DNA of 64,000 nt from Phyllobates terribilis. Its lineage: Eukaryota. Under the pieces are notes generated by a model. It did not search any database. It saw only the letters and a list, made by a program, of their open reading frames with translations, and was not told the origin of the DNA. The DNA lies in contig NW_027362765.1 of the NCBI RefSeq assembly GCF_046119375.1, positions 286,192,001 through 286,256,000 on the forward strand, read 5' to 3'. A program made the translations under genes and the position numbers. Of the stretch, positions 46,731-58,700 are shown in pieces. How positions within the stretch are numbered: position 1 is the first letter of the stretch; every line of letters begins with the position of its first letter.

Positions 46731-49700
46731 ATGGGAAAAGGAGGAGGCACATTTGAGAGGCTTTTGGGTGAGGAAAACTAAGAGGGGGGTGTAAAGACGA
46801 AGCTGCGTTCTCCTCTCCGGGGGCAGTGCAGTGTCCTCACTGGGAAGGCCGCCATTGACCATTGTGTCAGCTGTAGAGACTGTCACCAGGCATTGGCCCG
46901 GGTCATATCAGAGGGGTTACTGGCATTTGTGTAATAATAAACCCGCAACGGCTCGGGATCGGCTGCACACACCCTAAGGATACTTTTCCATACGTTCTAT
47001 GAGTTTTTCCAGTCTCCCCTTCATTCACCTAACACGATCTACATTGTGCTGTACCTGCGGGGACGTCTAGGAAGTAAACTACTTCATGTCTTTTCTCTGT
47101 TCTGTCCCTGAATGATTTTCTTTCCAGATAAAGCCACCAGCCAGCTGCTCCTGGAGACAGATTGGGAATCCATAATGCAGATATGTGACATGATCCGCCA
47201 AGGAGACACTCAGTAAGTTTGCTGTTGTAGTAAACTTTTAATTAGCTACTTATTCTTTCATGTTGTTCACTTAGAGCAGAGTGGTGAAACCTTTTTGACA
47301 TTGTCTGTTTAGTGACCGTCGAAGTGCCACCATGTGAGCTCTGTTTGGGGTATCACCCGGTGCCGCCAGCACAGCACAACCTCTTGGCATAAGCAGAATA
47401 TTATGTAGTGTGAAACTTGTTTGTCACTCATTTGAGAGTAAGGCTAGGGCTACACGGTGACATGGTAGGTTGGGCAGCCTACGCTCACTATGAACCACTG
47501 CTACATTGTCTTGCATTACAAGTGAATGTGGTCATATGGTGACTCCCTGGGGCAATATGACCCAAGCAAGTTGCAGAAATTAGTCTCCCGGTTGGATTTT
47601 TTGTGACTTGGTCGTCATGGCACCCCATCGCTTGTATTATGTTGCAGCAACACATCGCGATCTTTGGCCAAGTGACCTTTGTCACAGCCAAAGTTAACAT
47701 GTGGTCATAGCCTAAGCCTTTTTTGTAGTCGCTTCGCCCTAAAATGAGCTTATGCCACAGCTTGGAGCCCGGACATTGTTGCAGAATGAAGCATTACATA
47801 ACATCTGTCGAAGTCTATGGGCTAGCCACATAAAGCACTCACAGGTTAGGATTTATTTAGCACAAAAGCTGCATTAGTTAGTGTGATGAACCTGTAGCCG
47901 CCATCTTGGTAATGATAAATCATATCCAGGGATGGCCACACTTCAGCAGCCCCCACCCTTGGGACCTTCTGTTAAAACGTCAACTAGATAGTTTCCCCCC
48001 ATCCAGGCTCCTGTAAGATAAGAAGCCTACTTAACACTTGAATGCTAGGAGCTTCAAAGACTTCGAGAGGAAACACAGCCAGCAGGGGGGGGTGCTTCGT
48101 CTATCTGTACCTGACCATTTGTCCCATAGGACTAGTTTCTTTGTCTGTCACAAGCATGGAGGCATAAGATATAGAAACATGAATAGTACACGCATGTTGC
48201 GTGGGATGGGCCAATAAAAAAATATCACGGCGTCCCGGAGCCATTGCGCACACAAGCCTCCGCGGTAGACGTTTGTACGTGCTCTGGAAGCCAAGATATA
48301 GCGCGGAGCCATTCCTGAGGACCGTATGGTATCATAATTGATATCAAAAGGTCGGTTACGGCGGCCCGAATCCATGGGAACCCCTGGGGGTATCATGAGA
48401 CCATCCCAGAAGAAGTTATTGGGTTCCATAGAATTTGGGCTTCTGATCGAAGTTAGACCTGAGGGTGGAGACTGAGCCAGCTGACCTCACCAGCAGTGGG
48501 CGGGACGGGGCAGGTAAGATAGCAGGACAGACAAGAGACAAGTCAGTTTTTGACCCAAGAGTGGTGTGCTGAACATCTGAGCACCAGCTGAGGCCACCAA
48601 GGGGAGGAGCAGTTTGACCATGCGGTGGTAGGCCTCAGCCTGTAACAAAGAACCGTGCCTGCGACCGCAGAATCCTCTCCCTGCGTCACAAGAAAATCAA
48701 GAAACCGGTAACTGATATGCTGTGGTGATTCTGTGTGTTGTATTCCATTGTTGTATAGTTTAGCCTGACCTTATACCTGTGTATATTTAGTTGTATATCG
48801 TGTATCTAGTGTATTATTATAATCAATTACCTCAAGTAATTGTGGGCCTGCCTTTTATTCTGCATAACGAACGCACGTCCGTGTGAGCTCGGCTCAAGCC
48901 AAAAACGCTACCCAGGGTTGGTTCCTGACCCGATATAGGCCCATTCACGGACTGGGCGTATATCTAAAATAGGGACTGGTGGCAGCATACCAACTGGGGA
49001 TTGGGGAAGGCTGGTAGTGACGGTCGGAGGTTCAGATATATATATTCCTGGCGCGGCCAAGGAAGATATATATACCGCCCTCACTACAGAGGGCCCCGAT
49101 ACCCAGTAGGTTACAGGACAGTCTCCCTGGCGACCGCTTATCCTAGGTGCAGTTCCTTGTCTGACCTGAGGCTAAGAGGGCGCTAGCGAGTTGTGCTGTG
49201 TAGTGACGTTACGGTTTAGTGACGTTGAAGGGATAACACACTACCGTGTCCCCTGCGCTGGTTGCAGCTACCTGGCACTACTTTCTCTAGGTGCAGTACC
49301 TTGACTGACCTGAGAGGTAAGGGGGCGCCAGAGAGCTGCACCCACCGGCCGGCTTTCATCACATTGGTGGCAGAGCGGTGGGATTGCAGAATAATAGTGT
49401 TGTGGGACCCCTACTCCCAGGCACTAAAGACTGCCAGTGGTAACTTCCACTGCTGGAGTCTTAAGGTCAGCCCAACATTAGACGGTCAGGCTAAAAGTAT
49501 AACAAGGTGTGTGCAAACTCAGGGTTGCAGCGGTGTCGGTTACCAAGATGGCAGACGGCACCAGGAGCAAGACCCTGCAGGAGGCTAATGCTACGGTCCG
49601 TGTGGCAGGAGGGGAGGACATTGTTACTCATGGCGAGGAGGAGTCCAGCCCGGGCACCTCAGGGAGCCAGTCCCCAGTATACGGTCCCGCAGTGGGCTGC

Positions 49701-52700
49701 CCACCACCTACCCAGCCCAGCCTGTCCAGATCACAAGCCCTTTTACAAGCGGCTATGGCAAGTCTCCAGTCTCATGGCGATGCCGTCTACAAAACCCTCC
49801 TGGCAGCATCAGAGAAGGCAGCGGAGGAGGAGCGCGAAGCTGCGGAGCGCCGGGAGGCTGCGGAGCGTGCAGAGCGGGCTGCAGAGCGCCGGGAGGCTGC
49901 GGAGCGTGAAGCTGCAGAGCGTGCAGAGCGAGCTGCGGAGCGCCAGCACCAACTGGACCTGGCCCAGCGGGGGCTTCCGCTAGAGCAACCAACCCATCAG
50001 GAGACCAAGTCGTCCAAAGTCCGAGCTGAGGACTTCCCTCTACTGGAGAAGGATGGGGACCTGGACTCCTTTCTGGTGGCATTTGAACGGACCTGTCTTC
50101 AGCACCATCTGGCCCGGGATCAGTGGGCCAGATACCTGACCCCCCGTTTGAGGGGTAAGTCCCTGGATGCCTTGGGGGACTTACCTGCCGGGGAGGTACA
50201 GAACTACGACTGCATCAAGCGGGCCCTGATCCGGCAGTACAACCTCACTCCCGAGTCGTACCGCCAGAAGTTCCGGAGCCTGCTGCGTGGCCCCAAGGAC
50301 ACCTGGACCGATCATATGCGGGCGCTGTTGAGAGCCGCAGAGCACTGGACCTCGGGTCTAGCGCTTACTACCCGCCAGGAGGTCCAGGAACTGTTCGTCA
50401 CGGAGCAGTTCTTGTGGAACTGCCCAGAGGACCTCCGACAGTTCCTCCGTGACCGAAAACCAACAGGGGCTTCTGCTACAGCCGCCCTGGCAGACGAGTA
50501 TGCCAATAACAGGGCGCCTGAGCTGAAGAAGTCTGCCAGCAGCACCTGGAGAGGGGGTAAGCCCAGTCATGCCCCTGTTTCCCCGGCCCCTAGAACACAA
50601 GGGGTGTATCCCCCTGTTGCCCTCTCCAGGCAAGGACCAGACGTAAGACGTTGTCATCTATGCAACAAACCAGGACACTTTAGGGCTGAGTGTCCCCAGC
50701 GCCAAAAGACCCCATCCCAGTCCCAGAGAGCGCCCAATGTTTTGTGTGTGGGAGGGGGTGGTGGTAGGTCCCTGGACAACATCCAACCCGTCACCATAGG
50801 CCGTTCTGCGGTCATGGGACTGCGGGACACGGGCGCTGAACGAACACTGGTACGGCCTGAGGTGGTGTCCCCCCAGGACTTGGTACCAGGAAAGACTCTT
50901 TCCGTCTCCGGGGTTGGAGGCGTGGAGCCGGCACTTCCCGTTGCCATGGTGTATTTGGACTGGGGTGCCGGAAGGGGGATGCGGGAGGTGGGAGTAACGC
51001 CAAATATTCCCGCAAATGTTTTATTAGGGACCGACTTGGGGCGTCTAGTATCGCAGTATGTACCCTCTGAACCCCCAAGTTCGGCCCCCCAAGAGTGTAT
51101 TGATTTGTCTGCTGCTAATGCCAACCATGTTGTATGTAGTGTGTGTCCTGCTGAGGAGGAGGGAGTGAAACCTGAGGGTAACACCTGCACAGACACAACA
51201 CAAACAGGGTTAGTGAAAGCAGGTGGGGAGTGTGGGGATGCCCGCAGAGGTGCTCAGCCGGCGTGCCGTGACCTCTTGTCCTCCGGTGAGGGAGGGGGCG
51301 GGCAGGATTCTGTAGAGGGAAGCTCAGGGATGGAGAGGGGGGCAGCTACCGGCAGTGTAGGGCTCCCAGGGGTATCCAGGCTGCTGAGTATAGGCCCACT
51401 GCAGGGGGAGGAACAGGCCATGGGAGGTGGGGGTGTCCCAAGAGAGGAGCCGCCAGGTAAGACCCCAGGGCAGGAGTTCCCCACATCCGAGATGTCCAAA
51501 GGCCTAGGAAGCCTGCCTGATCGGGCGGCTTGGTCAGAAACAGAGGGGAAGCAGGCACTACCCACGGTCACAGCGGTCATAGCCGCTGTCACCAGGAGTG
51601 GGAGCGCCGGAGCCCAAGGAGCCTTGCAGAGGTCCGACGGCTTCCCCACTTCTGACCAAGTGTCTGCCGGGTCAGACAGCGGCCAGGTGACATGCCCGGA
51701 GGGGCTGACAGAGGATGTGGCAGTTTCGTCGATTCTGGCCACATCAAGTCAGGAATTTCAGGCTGCGTTGGAAGCAGACGACAGCCTGAAAGCTCTCAAG
51801 GAACAGGCGGCACAGCCTCCCATGGAGTCAGACTGCGAGCGGGTGGTCTGGGACCAGGGACGGCTGTACCGGGTAACGGTCCAGCAGGGTTCACCGGAGG
51901 CGTGGCCCAGGGACCGACAGTTAGTGGTACCCTATCCGTTCAGGGCGGAATTGTTGCGGATCGCACACGAGATTCCGATGGCCGGACACCTAGGGATCGC
52001 TAAAACCAAGGCCAGGATAGCTCAGCATTTCTACTGGCCTGGGATGGGAGCCGCGGTGGGTGCCTACTGCCGTTCGTGTGACACCTGTCAGAGGGTGGGG
52101 AAGGCGGGGCCGCGCCCCAAAGCCCCACTGGTAACTCTGCCAATCATCGAAGAGCCTTTCTCGAGGGTCGCTGTGGATCTTATTGGACCTCTGTCCACTC
52201 CCAGCCACTCCGGGAAATGCTTCATACTCACGGTAGTGGACTATGCCACCCGGTACCCGGAAGCGGTAGCTTTGTCGTCCATTCGGGCCGACAAGGTGGC
52301 TACCGCCTTACTGGAGATCTTCTCCAGAGTGGGTTTCCCCCAAGAAATGCTCACCGACCGAGGGACCCAGTTCATGTCGCGGCTGATGGAGTCCCTCTGT
52401 AAGCAAATGCAGGTGCAACATCTGGTGGCCAGCCCGTATCACCCACAGACTAATGGCCTGTGTGAGCGGTTCAATGGCACCTTAAAGCAGATGCTTAAGA
52501 TGTTGGTCGACTCCCACGGGAGAGACTGGGAGCGTTACCTCCCACACCTCCTATTTGCTTACCGGGAGGTTCCGCAGGCCTCAACGGGGTTCTCCCCCTT
52601 TGAGCTCCTGTACGGGCGACGGGTACGGGGCCCCCTGGCTCTGGTGAAGGAAGCATGGGAAGGGGATTTGGCCACCCCCGAGGTGTCGGTCATCGAGTAT

Positions 52701-55700
52701 GTCGTGCGCCACCGGGACAGGATGATGGCCTTGGCAAAGCTGGTGCAGGACAATATGGCCCAGGCCCAGGCCGACCAGAAGCGGTGGTACGACCAGAATG
52801 CTTGTGAGAGGACCTACCAGGTGGGTCAAAAGGTGTGGGTACTGGTCCCCGTACCACAGAACAAGCTTCAGGCAGCCTGGGAAGGTCCCTACTTCGTGCA
52901 CCAGAAACTCAATGCCGTCACCTATCTGGTCACCCTGGATCACGCCCGTGGAAGGAGGAAGGCCTTCCACGTGAACATGATGAAGGCTCATCATGAGCGG
53001 GAAGCGACTGCCCACCCAGTGTGCAACCTTCCCGAGGAAGGAGAGGTAGAAACCCTCCTGGATCTGCTCACCCAAGCCAAGGCGGGTGGGTCCATCGAGG
53101 ATGTGGGGGTTGGCCACCAGCTCACGGAGGACCAACGGTCCCAGCTGGGGACCACCCTGCACCCCTTCCGGGGGCTGTTCAGCAGCCTGCCCGGAAGGAC
53201 TGAGATGGCTGTCCACGACGTGGACACTGGCGATCACCCGCCGATCCGGCGTTCAGCATATCGGGTCTCTTTCGAGGTGCAGGGAAACATGCGCCAAGAG
53301 ATAGACGAGATGCTGAAGCTGGGGGTGATCCAGGCATCCAGCAGCGCGTGGGCCTCGCCTGTAGTCCTCGTACCAAAGAAGGACCGAACTACACGGTTCT
53401 GCGTGGACTACCGGGGGCTCAACGCTGTAACGGCCACCGATGCGTTCCCCATACCACGCATCGATGACCTGCTCGATCGGATGGCCGGGGCTAAGTACCT
53501 GACCATCATGGATCTGAGCCGGGGGTACTGGCAGATTCCTCTGACCCCCGCGGCAAGGGAACGCTCTGCCTTTATCACCCCTTTTGGACTGTACGAGTCC
53601 ACAGTGATGCCATTCGGCATGAAGAATGCCCCTGCCACTTTTCAGCGGATGGTCAATACGCTGCTTGAGGGACTTGAAGGGTACGCGGCTGCGTACTTGG
53701 ACGATATTGCAGTCTTCAGTCCCACTTGGGAGGATCACCTAGAGCACCTGCGGCAGGTGCTCGGTCGGATCCACCGGGCAGGCTTGACCATCAAGCCGGA
53801 AAAGTGCCAGCTGGGCATGAGTGAGGTCCTCTACCTGGGTCACCGGGTAGGCGGGGGGGTTCTGAAGCCAGAACCGGGGAAAGTGGATGCCATCGCATCC
53901 TGGCCCACTCCTAGGACCAAAAAGCAGGTGATGTCCTTCTTGGGGACCGCCGGGTACTATAGGAGGTTCGTCCCACACTATAGCACCCTGGCCAAGCCCC
54001 TGACGGACCTCACCAAGAAGAAGCTGCCCGTCGCAGTCGACTGGACAGTCGCCTGCGAGACAGCTTTCGGGGCACTCAAGGCCGCCCTAAGTAGCTCCCC
54101 TGTACTGCAAGCTGCCGACTTCGACCGGCCGTTTGTGGTACAGACCGACGCCAGTGACTTTGGCCTCGGTGCTGTGCTAAGTCAGGTCAACACGACAGGC
54201 CAGGAACATCCTGTCTTGTACCTGAGCAGGAAGCTACTGCCCCGGGAGGTGGCTTACTCCACGGTGGAAAAAGAATGCCTGGCAATTGTATGGGCCCTGC
54301 AGCGTCTGCAGCCCTACTTGTACGGGAGCCATTTCACCGTGGAGACGGACCACAACCCCCTCAGCTGGTTACACACGGTCTCTGGGTCGAATGGCAGGTT
54401 GCTACGCTGGAGCCTCGCTCTCCAGCAGTACCACTTCTCCATTCGCCACAGAAGAGGCCGTGACCACGGTAACGCTGACGGGTTATCCCGGCAAGGGGAG
54501 GGTGCAGAAGGACGCACGGGGGAACACAGGAATGTGCTACCCCCTCGCGCCCTCGTATAGGGGGAGGTGTGATGAACCTGTAGCCGCCATCTTGGTAATG
54601 ATAAATCATATCCAGGGATGGCCACACTTCAGCAGCCCCCACCCTTGGGACCTTCTGTTAAAACGTCAACTAGATAGTTTCCCCCCATCCAGGCTCCTGT
54701 AAGATAAGAAGCCTACTTAACACTTGAATGCTAGGAGCTTCAAAGACTTCGAGAGGAAACACAGCCAGCAGGGGGGGGTGCTTCGTCTATCTGTACCTGA
54801 CCATTTGTCCCATAGGACTAGTTTCTTTGTCTGTCACAAGCATGGAGGCATAAGATATAGAAACATGAATAGTACACGCATGTTGCGTGGGATGGGCCAA
54901 TAAAAAAATATCACGGCGTCCCGGAGCCATTGCGCACACAAGCCTCCGCGGTAGACGTTTGTACGTGCTCTGGAAGCCAAGATATAGCGCGGAGCCATTC
55001 CTGAGGACCGTATGGTATCATAATTGATATCAAAAGGTCGGTTACGGCGGCCCGAATCCATGGGAACCCCTGGGGGTATCATGAGACCATCCCAGAAGAA
55101 GTTATTGGGTTCCATAGAATTTGGGCTTCTGATCGAAGTTAGACCTGAGGGTGGAGACTGAGCCAGCTGACCTCACCAGCAGTGGGCGGGACGGGGCAGG
55201 TAAGATAGCAGGACAGACAAGAGACAAGTCAGTTTTTGACCCAAGAGTGGTGTGCTGAACATCTGAGCACCAGCTGAGGCCACCAAGGGGAGGAGCAGTT
55301 TGACCATGCGGTGGTAGGCCTCAGCCTGTAACAAAGAACCGTGCCTGCGACCGCAGAATCCTCTCCCTGCGTCACAAGAAAATCAAGAAACCGGTAACTG
55401 ATATGCTGTGGTGATTCTGTGTGTTGTATTCCATTGTTGTATAGTTTAGCCTGACCTTATACCTGTGTATATTTAGTTGTATATCGTGTATCTAGTGTAT
55501 TATTATAATCAATTACCTCAAGTAATTGTGGGCCTGCCTTTTATTCTGCATAACGAACGCACGTCCGTGTGAGCTCGGCTCAAGCCAAAAACGCTACCCA
55601 GGGTTGGTTCCTGACCCGATATAGGCCCATTCACGGACTGGGCGTATATCTAAAATAGGGACTGGTGGCAGCATACCAACTGGGGATTGGGGAAGGCTGG

Positions 55701-58700
55701 TAGTGACGGTCGGAGGTTCAGATATATATATTCCTGGCGCGGCCAAGGAAGATATATATACCGCCCTCACTACAGAGGGCCCCGATACCCAGTAGGTTAC
55801 AGGACAGTCTCCCTGGCGACCGCTTATCCTAGGTGCAGTTCCTTGTCTGACCTGAGGCTAAGAGGGCGCTAGCGAGTTGTGCTGTGTAGTGACGTTACGG
55901 TTTAGTGACGTTGAAGGGATAACACACTACCGTGTCCCCTGCGCTGGTTGCAGCTACCTGGCACTACTTTCTCTAGGTGCAGTACCTTGACTGACCTGAG
56001 AGGTAAGGGGGCGCCAGAGAGCTGCACCCACCGGCCGGCTTTCATCACAGTTAGAAAAGGGGATACAGTGAATAGGAATATGAGTCACCAATACAGAGTA
56101 TAGATGGTGGACAGTGAATGGTGAGGAGACTCAATACTAGGGTGCACTTCATTGCATAGAGTGTTAAAGATGTGATGAGGGGCATTTACTTTTATTTTTT
56201 TTAATGTGACAGATGACATGGTTATTTTTCACTTTCAGAGCCAAGTATGCAATGGGAGCCATCAAGAAGAAAGTCAATGACAAAAACCCACATGTCGCCC
56301 TCTTTGCTCTGGAGGTAAGTTGTAGGGACCACTGGGTCTTTCACGTGTACTGGTAGAGGGGCAGCCGCACCACCACCAGATCTGAAAATAAGGATAAAAA
56401 CTGATAACATTTTGGGGATTAAAGATTGGAATCTATTGAATGTATACTGGTGTACAGTACAGACCAAAAGTTTGGACACACCTTATGTAAAGATTTTTCT
56501 GTATTTTCATGACTATGAAAATTGTACATTCACACTGAAGGCATCAAAACTATGAATTAACACATGTGGAATTATATAATTAACAAAAAGTGTGAAACAA
56601 CTGAAAATATGTCATATTCTAGGTTCTTCAAAGTAGCCACCTTTTGCTTTGATGACTGCTTTGCACACTCTTGGCATTCTCTTGATGAGCTTCAAGAGGT
56701 AGTCACCGGAAATGGTCTTCCAACAATCTGGAAGGAGTTCCCAGAGATGCTTAGCTCTTGTTGGCCCTTTTGCCTTCACTCTGCGGTCCAGCTCACCCCA
56801 AACCATCTCGATTGGGTTCAGGTCTGGTGACTGTGGAGGCCAGGTCATCTGGCGTAGCACCCCATCACTCTCCTTCTTGGTCAAATAGCCCTTACACAGC
56901 CTGGAGATGTGTTTGGGGTCATTGTCCTGTTGAAAAATAAATGATGGTCCAACTAAACACAAACCGGATGGAATAGCATGCCGCTGCAAGATGCTGTGGT
57001 AGCCATGCTGGTTCAGTATGCCTTCAATTTTGAATAAATCCCCAACAGTGTCACCAGCAAAGCACCCCCACACCATCACAACTCCTCCTCTATGCTTCAC
57101 GGTGGGAACCAGGCATGTAGAGTCCATCCGTTGACCTTTTCTGCGTCGCACAAAGACACGGTGGTTGGAACCAAAGATCTCAAATTTGGACTCATCAGAC
57201 CAAAGCACAGATTTCCACTGGTCTAATGTCCATTCCTTGTGTTCTTTAGCCCAAACAAGTCTCTTCTGCTTGTTGCCTGTCCTTAGCAGCGGTTTCCTAG
57301 CAGCTATTTTACCATGAAGGCCTGCTGCACAAAGTCTCCTCTTAACAGTTGTTGAAGAGATGTGTCTGCTGCTAGAACTCTGTGTGGCATTGACCTGGTC
57401 TCTAATCTGAGCTGCTGTCAACCTTCGATTTCTGAGGCTGGTGACTTGGATAAACTTCTCCTCAGAAGCAGAGGTGACTCTTGGTCTTCCTTTCCTGGGG
57501 CGATCCTCATGTGAGCCAATTTCTTTGTAGCGCTTGATGGTTTTTGCAACTGCACTTGGGGACACTTTCAAAGTTTTCCCAATTTTTCGGACTGACTGAC
57601 CTTCATTTCTTAAAGTAATGATGGCCACTCGTTTTTCTTTACTTAGCTGCTTTTTTCTTGCCATAATACAAATTCTAACAGTCTATTCAGTAGAACTATC
57701 AGCTGTGTATCCACCAGACTTCTGCACAACACAACTGATGGTCCCAACCCCATTTATAAGGCAAGAAATCCCACTTATTAAACCTGACAGGGCACACCTG
57801 TGAAGTGAAAACCATTTCCGGTGACTACCTCTTGAACCTCATCAAGAGAATGCCAAGAGTGTGCAAAGCAGTCATCAAAGCAAAAGGTGGCTACTTTGAA
57901 GAACCTAGAATATAAGACATATTTTCAGTTGTTTCACACTTTTTTGTTAAGTATATAATTCCACATGTGTTAATTCATAGTTTTGATGCCTTCAGTGTGA
58001 ATGTACAATTTTCATAGTCAAGAAAATACAGAAAAATCTTTAAATGAGAAGGTGTGTCCAAACTTTTGGTCTGTACTGTATATTATGTGTTGCACTTTAA
58101 TGGGATTTTTTTTTTCCATTTACTTGAATGGGACTGAGAGAGTACCAAATATGCACAAATGTTGTACCATATGATGAGCTCTGTACTGTAATTTCTAAAA
58201 CATACTTTTTTTCCACCAGTGTACTAATATATTGTGCTTTAAATGCATGATCTTTTTGTTTATTTCTTGCTAAAACAGTAATGTTCCAATGGTCATATTT
58301 CCTTGTCGTGTAAATGTTTCATGTTTTCTGTTGTGTTTTTTTTTTTTTTTTTTTTTGCACAGATAATATCGCTTCTGTCTTTGAAGAGATCAGATATTCT
58401 GACACCTCTATCTTAGTGATACATTTCCAGCAACATTGTCATTATGTGTAGCTTTTGCCATTGTGCCCAAACTTTTGGGTGAATGTTCTCATTGGACTCT
58501 ATTTTTTGCAGGTGTTGGAGTCTGTAGTGAAAAACTGTGGTTCGACTGTACACGATGAAGTTGCAAATAAGCAAACAATGGAGGAGCTGAAAGAACTGCA
58601 AAAGGTGCTATCGGCTGAGTGCTGGATGCTTTATAATGGCATATGAGATTAAATGGAGGGGGTGCCTGTATGTTCCCGGTCACACCGCCTCTTCTCCATG

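Larger units (their letters stand above)
47882..56049 (+). mobile_element. Complete Gmr1-type Ty3/gypsy LTR retrotransposon (8168 bp) in HGS intron 2
   Basis: Two 1482-bp LTRs with 9-bp terminal IR TGTGATGAA/TTCATCACA; 5-bp TSD GTTAG (47877-47881, 56050-56054); PBS, PPT and one uninterrupted Gag-PR-IN-RT-RH ORF. Confidence 0.97.

Noticed and set aside
48148-48429. 93-aa minus-strand ORF repeated in both LTRs (also 54834..55115)
   Set aside because: No recognisable domain; its duplication only reflects LTR identity.
49753-54702. Antisense and alternate-frame ORFs overlapping gag-pol
   Set aside because: Expected shadows of a GC-rich long ORF; no motifs, and no env-like ORF is present.
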